This document shows, one piece after another, positions 37,651 through 48,350 of a DNA stretch of 64,000 bases (within the stretch, counting starts at the first letter, position 1; the number at the start of each line of letters is the position of its first letter). The position numbers and the translations under genes were made by a program. The notes below the pieces were generated by a model, which was not told the DNA's origin, ran no database searches, and saw nothing but the letters and a program-made list of their open reading frames with translations. Source of the DNA: a bacterium. Lineage in GTDB: Bacteria; Bacteroidota; Bacteroidia; Chitinophagales; JADIYW01. The DNA is taken from positions 120,645-184,644 of the forward strand of contig JBBCIS010000008.1 in NCBI GenBank assembly GCA_037189845.1. The letters run 5' to 3'.

Positions 37651-38589
37651 ATGTTCTGTAAAACTGCTGTCCGTTCTTCCAAAATTTTTGCTGCTATTAT
37701 TATTGTTCTGGTAGCTTCCTGCAAGTCGGCACAAAAGGCTGCCGAATCTGTCAAGGTAACATTGGATGAACCAATCTCTACAGACAAAACGTTGCTCTGG
37801 CAGATTTCCGGTAAAGATCTGAGCCGGCCATCCTATCTGTTTGGAACAATACATGTGATATCATCTGAAGATTTTCATTTGGGAGATAATGTATTAAAAA
37901 AACTGGGACAAGCCAATCAGCTGGTTTTGGAGATGGATATGAAGGATGTCAATACGCTGGAAGTAGCTCAGGCAAGTATCTTGCCGGATAACAAAACCAT
38001 TAAAGATTATCTGCATGAAGATGATTACTTGCTGGTAGAGTCTTTCTTCGCAGATTCATTAGGCGCTCCGGTGTCATTATTCAAGACGGCTTATGCCCGG
38101 TTGAAACCTTTCTTTTTACAGCAGATGATTTATCTCAAATACCTCGGAGATAATACCAGCTCTTATGAAATGGAATTCATAGACAAAACCAGCGACAGAA
38201 ATATAGAAATTGTTGGTTTGGAAACGCTTACAGAGCAATTGGCACTGATAGATGAAATGACGTTGGAGGAGCAATATGCAGGTCTTTTGAAAACTATCCG
38301 GGACGGGTACATTCAGGATTTGTATCTGGATACACTGATTCAAACCTATAAATCTCAGGATATTCAGAAATTGTATGAAATGGTCATCAGCAGTAGTGAT
38401 GAGTACACAGATATTACTAATACTCTGATAGACGAACGGAATAAAAACTGGATACCTAAATTAGTGGCAGCATTTCAGAATGGAAGTGCATTTGTAGCAG
38501 TTGGCGCCGGACATCTGGGAGGACAGTTAGGATTGATAGAACTCTTGAGAAAAGAAGGTTATACTGTTCAGCCGATTTCAGCAGACTAA
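37651..38589 (+). CDS. TraB/GumN family lipoprotein
   Basis: LLWQISG...SYLFGTIH, GLET..EQ, RNKNW, AVGAGHL. Confidence 0.9.
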   Translation: MFCKTAVRSSKIFAAIIIVLVASCKSAQKAAESVKVTLDEPISTDKTLLWQISGKDLSRPSYLFGTIHVISSEDFHLGDNVLKKLGQANQLVLEMDMKDVNTLEVAQASILPDNKTIKDYLHEDDYLLVESFFADSLGAPVSLFKTAYARLKPFFLQQMIYLKYLGDNTSSYEMEFIDKTSDRNIEIVGLETLTEQLALIDEMTLEEQYAGLLKTIRDGYIQDLYLDTLIQTYKSQDIQKLYEMVISSSDEYTDITNTLIDERNKNWIPKLVAAFQNGSAFVAVGAGHLGGQLGLIELLRKEGYTVQPISAD

Positions 38590-38648
38590 GCACGAAATCA
38601 TCGTTACTGAAAAAGGATAATTTTGTTCAGAAACGAATTTTATGCTGT

Positions 38649-39347
38649 TTATTCCGGGTAATTGCTGAGTGCCAGAATATATTTATCAATATATAGCTGT
38701 TGTTCTTTGGATTTATACTGCTGGATATAACGCGGATGTTCCAGCACCTGTAAGCGATCAAACAGTTTTGCTTCTTTATTCAGCTTATGGATAAAATCAG
38801 CATTTTTTCTGCCCAGTATAAAAACTTCAGAGGTGTCCAGACCTAAGCTGATATGCTTCTTTAATGACGCTATCATGAATTCTTTCACCATTGCGAAGAG
38901 CGTATTGTCGTCATAATAATTGGCGTTGAGCCATTTACCGTCTTTGGTTTGCTGTATAATGGCTAAAGGAAAAGGAGAGTTGATATAGAAATTTTTGTAA
39001 AAAGCGTTAGCACCTCCGTATTCTGCAATCATATCGTATATGAAAACAGAAGAGATTTCGTGTGTATATGCTGATCTCATTTCAATACCACAGACACTTT
39101 TCAGCCTTTTAGTATCTGTAAAAGGTACACCGGTCACTCCTGCACCGTTGCGGCTTGGATTGATGCCTACAATAAATTTGCGCTGTTGGGTATCGTTGTA
39201 GTATTTATGATAAAACTGCTGCATGACTTCCAGGGTTTCCGGATTGTCCAGGTAGGGATTGAGTACGCGGAAACCATCAGGAAGCTGACCGGAATAGTGT
39301 AAGCTTCGATTGAATTCAATGACTTTATCGGCAAAAGTTTTTATCAT
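38649..39347 (-). CDS. Uracil-DNA glycosylase superfamily protein (SMUG2/DUF4918-like)
   Basis: GINPSRNGAGVTGVPFTD, NANYYD, LEHPRYIQQY. Confidence 0.85.
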   Translation of the reverse strand: MIKTFADKVIEFNRSLHYSGQLPDGFRVLNPYLDNPETLEVMQQFYHKYYNDTQQRKFIVGINPSRNGAGVTGVPFTDTKRLKSVCGIEMRSAYTHEISSVFIYDMIAEYGGANAFYKNFYINSPFPLAIIQQTKDGKWLNANYYDDNTLFAMVKEFMIASLKKHISLGLDTSEVFILGRKNADFIHKLNKEAKLFDRLQVLEHPRYIQQYKSKEQQLYIDKYILALSNYPE

Positions 39348-39441
39348 AAGCTGGTTGATTGGCTTTTTGGGTATACTTCCTAAAATACAATAAAAAAGGA
39401 CATCCTGCGATGTCCTCTGTCTGTTTGTATATTGTTTTGTA

Positions 39442-40764
39442 TTATTTGAACGGAACTTTCATCTTGCCACCCGGAGCCATTGTGCTCATTTTTTTCATCA
39501 TTTTTTTCATTTCTTCGAATTGTTTGATGAATTGATTGACATCTTTAATATCACTACCTGAACCTTTTGCAATACGATTTCTTCTGCTGCCATTTAGTAA
39601 GTCGGGATTTGCTCTTTCTGCCGGAGTCATGGAGAAAATCATCGCTTCGATTTTCTTGAACGCATTGTCGTCGATGTCGATATCTTTTAACGCTTTACCC
39701 ATACCCGGTATCATACCCAACAAATCTTTGATGTTACCCATTTTACGGATTTGGTTGAGCTGACCAAGAAAGTCATCAAAATCAAACTGATTTTTAACGA
39801 TTTTCTTTTGTAGTCTTGCAGCTTCTTTAGCATCAAAGTTTTCCTGCGCTTTCTCTACGAAAGACACAATATCACCCATGCCGAGGATACGTTGTGCCAT
39901 CCTTTCCGGATAGAAAACGTCCAATGTATCAAGCTTCTCACCACGGCTGACAAATTTGATGGGCTTGTCAACAGTATATTTAATGGAAAGAGCCGCACCA
40001 CCGCGTGTGTCACCATCCAGCTTGGTCAGCACGACACCATCAAAGTTGATTTTATCATTGAAAGCTTTGGCAGTATTTACCGCATCCTGACCTGTCATGG
40101 AATCCACAACAAAAAGAGTTTCCTGAGGCTGGATAGCTTGCTTCACGCGAGCAATTTCATCCATCATCTGCTGATCTACAGCCAGACGACCGGCAGTATC
40201 CACGATAACTACATTATAGTTTTTGGATTTTGCGTATGCGATGGCGTTTTGAGCAATTTCTACAGGATTCTTATTTTCGATTTCACTGTAAACCTCTACG
40301 CCGATTTGTTCTCCCAATACTTTTAGCTGATCTATCGCAGCAGGGCGATATACATCACAGGCAACGAGCAGGGGCGTGCGTTTCATTTTAGTTTTAAGGT
40401 GATGTCCCAGCTTACCGGTAAAAGTGGTTTTACCGGAACCTTGCAAACCGGAAATCAGCACTATAGCAGGATTACCTTTGATATTGATATCTTCTACATT
40501 GCCGCCCATCAGCTCGGTCAGCTCATCAGAAACGATTTTTACCATTAATTGTCCCGGCGAGACAGCATTGATGACCTTTTCTCCAATGGCTTTATCTTTG
40601 ATTTTATCGGTAAATTCTTTCGCAATTTTATAATTCACGTCAGCATCTACCAATGCTCTTCTGATTTCTTTGACTGTAGCAGCGATATTGAGGTCGGTGA
40701 TTTTGCCTTGGCCTTTGAGGTTTTTAAACGCTGAGTCTAACCGGTCCTGAAGATTTTCAAACAT
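39442..40764 (-). CDS. ffh: Signal recognition particle protein Ffh
   Basis: MFENLQDRL, GLQGSGKTT, DTAGR, TKLDGDTRGGAALS, M domain; ATG at 40764. Confidence 0.98.
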   Translation of the reverse strand: MFENLQDRLDSAFKNLKGQGKITDLNIAATVKEIRRALVDADVNYKIAKEFTDKIKDKAIGEKVINAVSPGQLMVKIVSDELTELMGGNVEDINIKGNPAIVLISGLQGSGKTTFTGKLGHHLKTKMKRTPLLVACDVYRPAAIDQLKVLGEQIGVEVYSEIENKNPVEIAQNAIAYAKSKNYNVVIVDTAGRLAVDQQMMDEIARVKQAIQPQETLFVVDSMTGQDAVNTAKAFNDKINFDGVVLTKLDGDTRGGAALSIKYTVDKPIKFVSRGEKLDTLDVFYPERMAQRILGMGDIVSFVEKAQENFDAKEAARLQKKIVKNQFDFDDFLGQLNQIRKMGNIKDLLGMIPGMGKALKDIDIDDNAFKKIEAMIFSMTPAERANPDLLNGSRRNRIAKGSGSDIKDVNQFIKQFEEMKKMMKKMSTMAPGGKMKVPFK

Positions 40765-41004
40765 AATTCTCCTTTTTGAATGGAACTGCAAAAATAAAAT
40801 AAGCTACTTAAAAAAGGGATTTTTTACTAACTAATTCACTAAATAAAAAGAAGTCTTCTTTGCTAAAATCTCTTTTGTATGAAAATGAGAATCTATATTA
40901 ATATACAGGTCATAAAAACTCATACATCACATTGCAGTCCTGACAGAACCGACACGACAGTGATGTGGAACAGCGCAGATGAATGACTGCTTTGAATAGA
41001 GGCA

Positions 41005-41035
41005 AAACAAAAAAGCGAAGCATTGCTGATTCGCC
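41005..41035 (-). terminator. Intrinsic terminator after hisS
   Basis: Minus strand GGCGAA-tcagcaatgc-TTCGCT followed by TTTTTGTTTT. Confidence 0.65.
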
Positions 41036-41059
41036 TGTGTATAACTGTATAAAGTCTGA

Positions 41060-42385
41060 TTACTCTTCAATCAATTGATTACCGGAAATAATTTCAACAG
41101 CCTCTGATGTGCTGAAAAGTTTTTGCTTCCCGGTTCTAAGATCTTTGATAGTGACTTTGTTTTCTTTGATTTCAGCTTCGCCCAGAATTGCCATATAAGG
41201 AATGCCTTTTTTATCAGCATAAGCAAATTGTTTTTTAAGCTTACCCGGTTCAGGATAAACTTCGGTCGCAATCCCTGAAGCTCTGAGCTCAGATGCTAAT
41301 GCCAGCGAATGCCTCATTTCTGCATCAGAAAAAACTGCTGCTAAGACTTTGGTGCTGGTTTTTACCGGCTCCAGCATATTGAGCTGCTGCATGGCTGTGA
41401 AAATTCTGTCCAATCCAAGTGTTGTTCCCACGGAAGGCATATCTTTTCCGGTAAACATGCCAATGAGCTTGTCATATCTGCCGCCGCCTGTCAGACTGCC
41501 CATGTGCGGCTGGTCAGTGAGTTTGGTTTCGAAAATGGGACCTGTGTAATAATCCAGGCCTCTTGCAAGCGATAAATCAAATGCGTAGTGTTTGTTATCA
41601 ACTCCTAATTGTTCCAAAAATCCGAAAAGCTGCCTGGTTTCCGCAATACCTTCCTGAGCCATCTCAATTCCTGCAAGAGCTTCAGATAAAGTGTCCAGAT
41701 TGAGCTGTTGATTCAATAAATCTCCCAGTTTCTGAATAGCGCTTTCAGGTAGCTCTTTCTCTGACAGTTCTTTTTGAACTTCTAACCAGGGCATTTTATC
41801 CAGCTTGTCTATCGAACGGCAAACTTCCTGCGTCATATCTGATGCCAGACCGGCATATTGTGTAATACCGTTGAGGATTTTGCGGTTATTGATTTTGATC
41901 AGGAATGTAGTAAATCCTAAAGTTTTTAATACTTCGTAAGCGATAGCTACCATTTCAGCGTCTATCAACATGGAAGTAGAGCCTACTGCATCTATATCAC
42001 ACTGGTAAAATTCTCTGAATCTGCCCTGATGTGGTTGTGGTCTGTCAGCACGCCAGACAGGTTGAATCTGATATCTTTTAAAGGGTAGAGGTAGATCCGG
42101 GTTCATGGCCACCACTCTGGAAAAAGGAACGGTCAGGTCATAATGTAAAGCTGCCTGATCCTTTGTTCCCGGCTTGTAGTCTAATCTATAGATAAGTCTG
42201 TCTGCATCTTCACCGTATTTGCCGGCCAATACATCCAGATACTCAATTGCAGGAGTTTCGATGGGAGCGAAGCCATATTTTTTAAATACCTGACGCATAG
42301 TATCCGTTATGCGTTCGCGGTGCAACATCTGTTCCGGTAAAAAATCTCGCGCGCCTTTAAAAACTCTCGGTTTAATTTGACTCAT
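41060..42385 (-). CDS. hisS: Histidine--tRNA ligase
   Basis: KGARDF, YDLTVPF, GRFREFYQCD, LARGLDYYTG, GGGRYD. Confidence 0.97.
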   Translation of the reverse strand: MSQIKPRVFKGARDFLPEQMLHRERITDTMRQVFKKYGFAPIETPAIEYLDVLAGKYGEDADRLIYRLDYKPGTKDQAALHYDLTVPFSRVVAMNPDLPLPFKRYQIQPVWRADRPQPHQGRFREFYQCDIDAVGSTSMLIDAEMVAIAYEVLKTLGFTTFLIKINNRKILNGITQYAGLASDMTQEVCRSIDKLDKMPWLEVQKELSEKELPESAIQKLGDLLNQQLNLDTLSEALAGIEMAQEGIAETRQLFGFLEQLGVDNKHYAFDLSLARGLDYYTGPIFETKLTDQPHMGSLTGGGRYDKLIGMFTGKDMPSVGTTLGLDRIFTAMQQLNMLEPVKTSTKVLAAVFSDAEMRHSLALASELRASGIATEVYPEPGKLKKQFAYADKKGIPYMAILGEAEIKENKVTIKDLRTGKQKLFSTSEAVEIISGNQLIEE

Positions 42386-42962
42386 CTTTACAATTATATG
42401 TCGTGGTAATACTAAAATTTTTCTCTTTCATCCAAAGGATTTTCTGATATCCCTCTGCTCTCAGTGCTGTACCGGAAACATAATAGATCTTTTGCTGAGT
42501 ATGGAAAATCTTGTTTCTGGATTCCCGTTCAGCTTCTATATAAAAAGGTGTACTGAAATCATCTCTTAGAAAGCTGACTTTCAGACTTTTCACAGGAATG
42601 GAGGAGCTGTTCGTGTTATACCGGATGACACTCACGGAATCACTTCCTTCCAATGGTTCAAGAATAGTGTCGATCGTAAAATAATCATACCAGGCTGATT
42701 TACGGACATCCATATCTGCAAGTATTTTTAACTCCTTGGTCCAGTCAAATTTGCTGATATCTACAGATTGCTGATCATGTTCGCCGTTAATTTCTCCTTC
42801 TTTATAGATCTGACAGGATTTTCCTTTAAAATGGATTACTTCCTGCTCAACGAAAGCTTTTAAGTCAAAGAACTCTTCTTCGGAATGTTTGCCGACTTTA
42901 CTGTCATCTTTACAGGAAATAAAGCTTAATAAGGTCAATATGATAATGTAACGTAATCTCAT
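42372..42962 (-). CDS. Hypothetical lipoprotein
   Basis: Lipobox FISC; overlaps both neighbours, so likely in the same operon. Confidence 0.75.
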   Translation of the reverse strand: MRLRYIIILTLLSFISCKDDSKVGKHSEEEFFDLKAFVEQEVIHFKGKSCQIYKEGEINGEHDQQSVDISKFDWTKELKILADMDVRKSAWYDYFTIDTILEPLEGSDSVSVIRYNTNSSSIPVKSLKVSFLRDDFSTPFYIEAERESRNKIFHTQQKIYYVSGTALRAEGYQKILWMKEKNFSITTTYNCKDESN

Positions 42963-44488
42963 GAAATGATAATATTTCCGGTCATTTCAGCAGGAATATC
43001 TATGCCCATTACGGATAAAACAGACGGAGCGATATCAGCCAGCTTTCCATTTGCAATCTTTCCGTTGGCTTCCTGATTGATATAAAATACCGGTACAAGA
43101 TTTTTAGTGTGTGCAGTATTGGGACTTCCGTCAGCATTTTTCATATAGTCAGCATTGCCGTGATCGGCTGTCACTATAATGTGATAATCGTATTTCAAAG
43201 CAGCTTCTACCAGCTCTTTGACACATTGATCTACTGTTTCGGCTGCTTTCATTGCTGCTTCAAAAACGCCTGTATGGCCTACCATATCTGTATTGGCAAA
43301 ATTAAGACAGATGAAATCCGGTTGTGTGCTGCTGATAGCTTCCAGCGCTTTGTTTTTTAGCTCATAAGCGCTCATTTCAGGTTGCAGATCGTAAGTTGCT
43401 ACTTTCGGAGAATTAGCTAAGATTCTGTTTTCCTTAGAGAAAGGTTCTTCACGGCCTCCGGAAAAGAAGAATGTAACGTGAGGATATTTCTCTGTTTCAG
43501 CCATTCTGAGTTGTGAACGTCCGGCATTTTCTATCACTTCGCCTAAAGTCACAGGAATAGGATCTTTGCCGTAAGCAACATGTACTCCTGTAAAAGTGGC
43601 ATCATAGATAGTCATAGTCAGGTAATAGAGCGGCAATGTTTGCATGTCATAATCAGGAAAATCTTTCTGAGTCAATACCTGGGTGATTTCACGGCATCTG
43701 TCAGTTCTGAAATTGAAAGCAATCACCACATCATTTTCACGAATAGTAGCAACGGGTTGTAAATCTTCATTTACAATAGCAACAGGTCCAATAAATTCAT
43801 CTGTTTGCTCTTTATTATAAGCCTGACGAATGGCTTCTGCTGCAGAAATTGCTTTCTCTCCGGTGCCAAATCTCAGTAAATCATAAGCTTTTTTAATCCG
43901 TTCCCATCTTTTATCCCTGTCCATAGCATAATAGCGTCCGCATACAGAGGCTATTTTCGTAGGGTATTTTTCAATATATGCCTGTAGATCAGCGATAAAT
44001 CCCAGCCCGGATTTGGGATCTGTATCTCTTCCGTCAGTAAAAGCATGTACAAAGCTTTGTTGGACGCCATTGTCATCCGCCATTTTTATCAGTGCTTTCA
44101 AATGATCGGTATGAGAGTGGATGCCGCCGTCAGAAACCAGTCCAATGAAATGTACTGGCTTATTGTTTTCTTTTGCATGACGGAAAGCTTCAATGAGCGC
44201 TTTGTTTCTGAAAAACTCCCCGCTTTCGATATTTTTCTGAATCAGCAACAAATCCTGCCAAACCACACGGCCAGCTCCGAGATTCATGTGGCCGACCTCG
44301 GAATTCCCCATCTGGTCATCCGGCAAACCCACATGTTCGCCATAGGTGAGTAGAGTAGCATTGGGATATTTTTGATATAAGCTATCTACAAAAGGAGTAT
44401 TGGCAGCCTGGATGGCACTGGAACTTGCATCGGTGTTAATGCCCCATCCATCCATGATGATTAAGAAAGCTTTTTTGTTTTTCAACAT
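42959..44488 (-). CDS. gpmI: 2,3-bisphosphoglycerate-independent phosphoglycerate mutase
   Basis: LIIMDGWG, QMGNSEVGH, GRYYAMDRD, ETEKYPHVTFFF, DMVGHTG, TADHGN. Confidence 0.97.
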   Translation of the reverse strand: MLKNKKAFLIIMDGWGINTDASSSAIQAANTPFVDSLYQKYPNATLLTYGEHVGLPDDQMGNSEVGHMNLGAGRVVWQDLLLIQKNIESGEFFRNKALIEAFRHAKENNKPVHFIGLVSDGGIHSHTDHLKALIKMADDNGVQQSFVHAFTDGRDTDPKSGLGFIADLQAYIEKYPTKIASVCGRYYAMDRDKRWERIKKAYDLLRFGTGEKAISAAEAIRQAYNKEQTDEFIGPVAIVNEDLQPVATIRENDVVIAFNFRTDRCREITQVLTQKDFPDYDMQTLPLYYLTMTIYDATFTGVHVAYGKDPIPVTLGEVIENAGRSQLRMAETEKYPHVTFFFSGGREEPFSKENRILANSPKVATYDLQPEMSAYELKNKALEAISSTQPDFICLNFANTDMVGHTGVFEAAMKAAETVDQCVKELVEAALKYDYHIIVTADHGNADYMKNADGSPNTAHTKNLVPVFYINQEANGKIANGKLADIAPSVLSVMGIDIPAEMTGNIIIS

Positions 44489-44583
44489 TGCTTATAGTGT
44501 GTTATTATAATTTTCTTAACTTATTTTAACTTTGGCTGCTTTTGGCACAAATTATGCAGCAATTCCGCAAAATTACGTTTTAT

Positions 44584-44988
44584 ATGTCCTTAAAAAAACT
44601 AATCCGACTTGTTTTTACCTTAATAATTTTATTGGGAGTGAATTCAGTTGTATTAGCTCAGAATTTTCAAAATGTGGTTTCCGGCTCATTGTCCAATGGT
44701 AATGTGAGAGAGTTATCTAAACATTTTGACAAAAGGGTACAGGTTACTATAGATAAAAAGACAGAATATTACAGCAGCTCTCAGGCGGAAATTATTGTCA
44801 GAGATCAGCTGGAGCAAATGGGTAATAAAAACTTTACGCTTATCAGAAGTGGTCTGGCTGAAGGTGATACCGCCGAGTTTTATATCGGAGAAATCAGATG
44901 CAGCAAAGGTGCGGTCAAAGTATATATTTATGCCCGAAAAGTTGCAGATACGCCCTATATTCAGGAAATTAGATTCGAGAAAAATTAA
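44584..44988 (+). CDS. DUF4783-like exported protein
   Basis: Signal peptide; GNVRELSKHFDKRV, YSSSQAEIIVRD; ATG at 44584. Confidence 0.7.
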   Translation: MSLKKLIRLVFTLIILLGVNSVVLAQNFQNVVSGSLSNGNVRELSKHFDKRVQVTIDKKTEYYSSSQAEIIVRDQLEQMGNKNFTLIRSGLAEGDTAEFYIGEIRCSKGAVKVYIYARKVADTPYIQEIRFEKN

Positions 44989-44993
44989 TCGAA

Positions 44994-45848
44994 GTGCTTT
45001 TAGACGAACCTGCTTTAAAGAAATTTATATTAAATGCTTTAGAGGAAGATGTCAGAGATGGTGACCATACCTCTCTTGCATGCATTCCTGGAGAGGCTGC
45101 CGGACATGCCAAATTACTAATCAAAGAAGATGGGATTTTAGCAGGAATACCTGTTGCTATTGCTGTTTTTGCTGCTGTAGACCCAACCCTGGAAATGGAT
45201 ATTTTCATGGATGAGGGTGATGCAATGAAAAAGGGAGATATCGCTTTCAAAGTTTCAGGCTCTGCTATCAGTATTCTGACCGCTGAGCGCCTGGTGCTCA
45301 ACTGTATGCAGCGTATGAGCGGTATCGCTACTTTAACCGGTAAATACGTCAAAGCTATAGAAGGAACTCATGCAAAAGTAATTGATACCCGTAAAACAAC
45401 ACCGGGCATCCGTATGTTGGAAAAATATGCTGTAACCGTTGGCGGTGGCGCTAATCATCGCATGGGATTGTACGATATGATCATGATCAAAGATAATCAT
45501 GTAGATTTTAGTGGTGGAATTCCTCAGGCGATTGCCCGTACACATGAGTATCTGAAAGCGAAAGGGCTGGATTTGAGAATCGAAGTAGAAACCAGGAATC
45601 TGGATGAAGTTCGTCAGATATTGGTAACAGGCGGTGTTCACAGAATCATGCTGGACAATTATACTCCGGAGCTGATGAAGGAAGCTGTCGCACTGATAGA
45701 CGGAAAATATGAAACGGAAGCTTCAGGGGGAATCAAATTGGATACCATCAGATCTTATGCTGAAACAGGTGTTGATTTTATTTCCATAGGAGCTTTAACG
45801 CATTCTGCTACTTCATTGGATTTAAGTCTGAAAGCGGTATTTGTTTAA
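44994..45848 (+). CDS. nadC: Nicotinate-nucleotide pyrophosphorylase (carboxylating)
   Basis: DTRKTTPG, HRMGLYDMIMIKDNH, EVET, IMLDN, EASGGI. Confidence 0.97.
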   Translation: MLLDEPALKKFILNALEEDVRDGDHTSLACIPGEAAGHAKLLIKEDGILAGIPVAIAVFAAVDPTLEMDIFMDEGDAMKKGDIAFKVSGSAISILTAERLVLNCMQRMSGIATLTGKYVKAIEGTHAKVIDTRKTTPGIRMLEKYAVTVGGGANHRMGLYDMIMIKDNHVDFSGGIPQAIARTHEYLKAKGLDLRIEVETRNLDEVRQILVTGGVHRIMLDNYTPELMKEAVALIDGKYETEASGGIKLDTIRSYAETGVDFISIGALTHSATSLDLSLKAVFV

Positions 45849-45953
45849 AGTTTAAGAGCTTGCCCGCCGGGGTGGTTTGAAGTTCAAGGTTGCTTGCGCT
45901 CAATGGATTTCGGACAAAAAACTTTAAACCTTAAACAATAAAACTTTAAACAC
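45843..45953. repeat. Intergenic inverted repeat with 7-bp periodic arms (copy B)
   Basis: GTTTAAAGTTTAAG...TTTGAAGTTCAAGG versus CTTTAAACCTTAAACAATAAACTTTAAAC. Confidence 0.75.
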
Positions 45954-45955
45954 TC

Positions 45956-46303
45956 ATGAAAGATTGGAAAAATGCGTTGGGTAGCCTGTATGATGCGATG
46001 CCTAAAGATCCTGATGGTGATAATACTTACGAAGAGCCTGTAGAACAGGAAGAGACGTGGAAACCTTCAAAAGATATTGTTTACATTTTCAAAGACAGTA
46101 AAAGACGCAATGGCAAGACTGTTACCATCGTGGAAGGATTGCAGGCTCCGGACGATGTTTTGGAACAAATTGCCAAAAAGCTGAAAACTGTTTGTGGTGT
46201 AGGCGGCTCTGTAAAGGATAGAGAAATCATGATCCAGGGTGATTTCAGGCAAAAGGTGAAAGAAGTTCTGGATAAAGAAGGATTTAAGACTAAGATAAAA
46301 TAG
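45956..46303 (+). CDS. yciH: SUI1 family translation initiation factor
   Basis: KRRNGKTVTIVEG, LKTVCGVGGSVKDREIMIQGD. Confidence 0.9.
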   Translation: MKDWKNALGSLYDAMPKDPDGDNTYEEPVEQEETWKPSKDIVYIFKDSKRRNGKTVTIVEGLQAPDDVLEQIAKKLKTVCGVGGSVKDREIMIQGDFRQKVKEVLDKEGFKTKIK

Positions 46304-46500
46304 TTTAAGGTTTAAAGTTGGCTTGCGCAACGATAACTGTCTGAACTATGATACCTCGACTACGCTTCGCACAGGTTTGTAGTGATTGTTTTGATTATTG
46401 TGATTGGTTGCAGAGAAATAATCACTGTTCTCATAAAAATCATAATAATCACACTTCAGACGATAATCAGGCGTTAGCAATTCCAATACTCAATACCCAG
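46303..46500. repeat. Composite intergenic repeats (heptamer arm, REP-like piece, GATT/AATC inverted arms)
   Basis: GTTTAAGGTTTAAAG; CCTCGACTACGCTTCGCACAGG; GTGATTGTTTTTGATTATTGTGATT versus AATCACTGTTCTCATAAAAATCATAATAATCAC. Confidence 0.55.
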
Positions 46501-46511
46501 AAACCTCAAAT

Positions 46512-47000
46512 ATGCTGAAAGGAAAAGAATTGATAGCATTAGCGAAGTCTGCGCAGAAAGATCATCAGAAAATCTTTCATCAGCTGCGTCAGCTTTCCAA
46601 TAATGATGTCAACGAGCTTTTTCATACTGCTCATGAAGATATTTTTCAGGAAATCAATTGTTTAGACTGTGCTAATTGTTGCAGCACTACACCTGCTTTG
46701 ATTACAGATAAAGATGCGCAACGTATAGCCAGACACTTAAAAGTCTCTGTCAAAGAGTTTTATCAGAAATATACTGTAAGAGATGATGATGGTGATGATG
46801 TATTCAGGCAAACACCTTGTGTCTTTTTAGGTAAAGATCATTATTGTTCTATCTATGATGTGCGTCCCAATTCCTGCAGAGAATATCCGCATACAGACCA
46901 TCCGAAGATGAAACAGATTTTAGATATCACTTTCAAAAACAGGGAAATATGTCCGGCAGTTTTTGATATAGTAGATATGATGAGAAGGTTAGATGACTGA
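46512..47000 (+). CDS. YkgJ family cysteine-cluster (putative Fe-S/Zn) protein
   Basis: CLDCANCC, PCVFL, CSIYDVRPNSCREYP. Confidence 0.9.
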   Translation: MLKGKELIALAKSAQKDHQKIFHQLRQLSNNDVNELFHTAHEDIFQEINCLDCANCCSTTPALITDKDAQRIARHLKVSVKEFYQKYTVRDDDGDDVFRQTPCVFLGKDHYCSIYDVRPNSCREYPHTDHPKMKQILDITFKNREICPAVFDIVDMMRRLDD

Positions 47001-47159
47001 GTTTACCAAAAAACAGAAATTGATAATTACGGGTTTGTGTGCTCCATAAATGGTTCTCATTTTTTACCTGTTTTCTAATTACAATTACCCTCATGATTTT
47101 AAATTAATTAAGAAACTAAACCATAAGATTATTGTAATTTCGGCAAGTCAAATAGTTAT

Positions 47160-48242
47160 ATGAGAAATTTTCTACTGATATTGAGCATAGTACTGACAGG
47201 ATTATCCTGTAAGCCGGATAAGGATGCATTTGTCATTGAGGGTAAAATTGATGGACTGAATGTACCTTATGTTTATCTGGTACATCCGGAAGAAGCAGGT
47301 GGAAAACTGGATACGCTGGAAGTTAAAAACGGAGCATTCAGAATCAAAGGAAATATTGAAAACGCAAATGTTTATCTCATCGCCTTTGGAGAAGAATTTA
47401 TGCCTTTGGAAATATTTCTGGAGCCCGGAAAATTCAATATCACAGGAAGCCTGAAAGATTTTAATTCCTTGAAAATTTCCGGTGGAAAGCTGCAGGAAGC
47501 ATATAATAAATACGTAGAGCTGACTTCTCCGTTTAATGATGATTTTATTGCAGAAAGTAAGAAGCTGGAAGCCGCAAAAGCAGAAGGAAATGCTGAAATG
47601 ACAGACTCTGTTGCCAATAAGCTGGATGAAATTAAAGACCGGTATTATGAAGTATCTTATGACTATATCGAAAACAGACCTGTAGATATTTTTACTGCCA
47701 AAATGATTTCAGAAGTTTTGATCGCATATCCTGATATTGAAAGATTACAACCATTAGTAGATCAGTTTGATCCTTATGTAAAAGGATCTTCTTACGGTCA
47801 GCGTATTATAAATACATTGGCAGTCATGAAAAAAACTTCTGTTGGTACAGAGGCTCCTTTATTTGCCATGTTTGATATTGAAGGGAATGAAAAAACACTG
47901 GAAAGCATGAAAGGCAAATATGTGCTGATCGATTTCTGGGCTTCGTGGTGCAAGCCTTGCAGAGATGAAAATCCACGCCTGGTCAGCTTGTATCAAAAAT
48001 TCAAAGGACCAAAATTCGAAATTCTTGGAGTATCCATTGATCAGAGTAAGACAAAATGGAAAGAAGCAGTGGAGGCTGATAAGTTAGTCTGGACACAAGT
48101 GATAGATGAAAATTCAGTCGCTAACAAAGAATATGGCATCATATCTATTCCGTCAAATATTTTGATTGATCCACAGGGAGTTATTATTGCTAAAAATGTT
48201 TTCGGAAAAAAGTTAGAAGCTAAGCTTCAGGAAGTTTTATAG
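47160..48242 (+). CDS. TlpA/thioredoxin-like lipoprotein with DUF4369-type N-terminus
   Basis: Lipobox GLSC; LIDFWASWCKPCRDENP. Confidence 0.92.
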   Translation: MRNFLLILSIVLTGLSCKPDKDAFVIEGKIDGLNVPYVYLVHPEEAGGKLDTLEVKNGAFRIKGNIENANVYLIAFGEEFMPLEIFLEPGKFNITGSLKDFNSLKISGGKLQEAYNKYVELTSPFNDDFIAESKKLEAAKAEGNAEMTDSVANKLDEIKDRYYEVSYDYIENRPVDIFTAKMISEVLIAYPDIERLQPLVDQFDPYVKGSSYGQRIINTLAVMKKTSVGTEAPLFAMFDIEGNEKTLESMKGKYVLIDFWASWCKPCRDENPRLVSLYQKFKGPKFEILGVSIDQSKTKWKEAVEADKLVWTQVIDENSVANKEYGIISIPSNILIDPQGVIIAKNVFGKKLEAKLQEVL

Positions 48243-48350
48243 TGGTGTCAGATTCAACATTGCACAAGGTAAAATAAGGTACCTGATTCTTTTAATTTTC
48301 TCTTTGTATTATCTGTTTCAGTTGGTTACCGGGTGATAAAAAAGAAAAAT

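Noticed and set aside
40905-40995. Firm annotation as SRP RNA (ffs) or RNase P RNA
   Set aside because: The helix-8 AGCAG strand is missing, and GATGAATGACTG is only a short coincidental match to RNase P RNA; kept only as a low-confidence finding.
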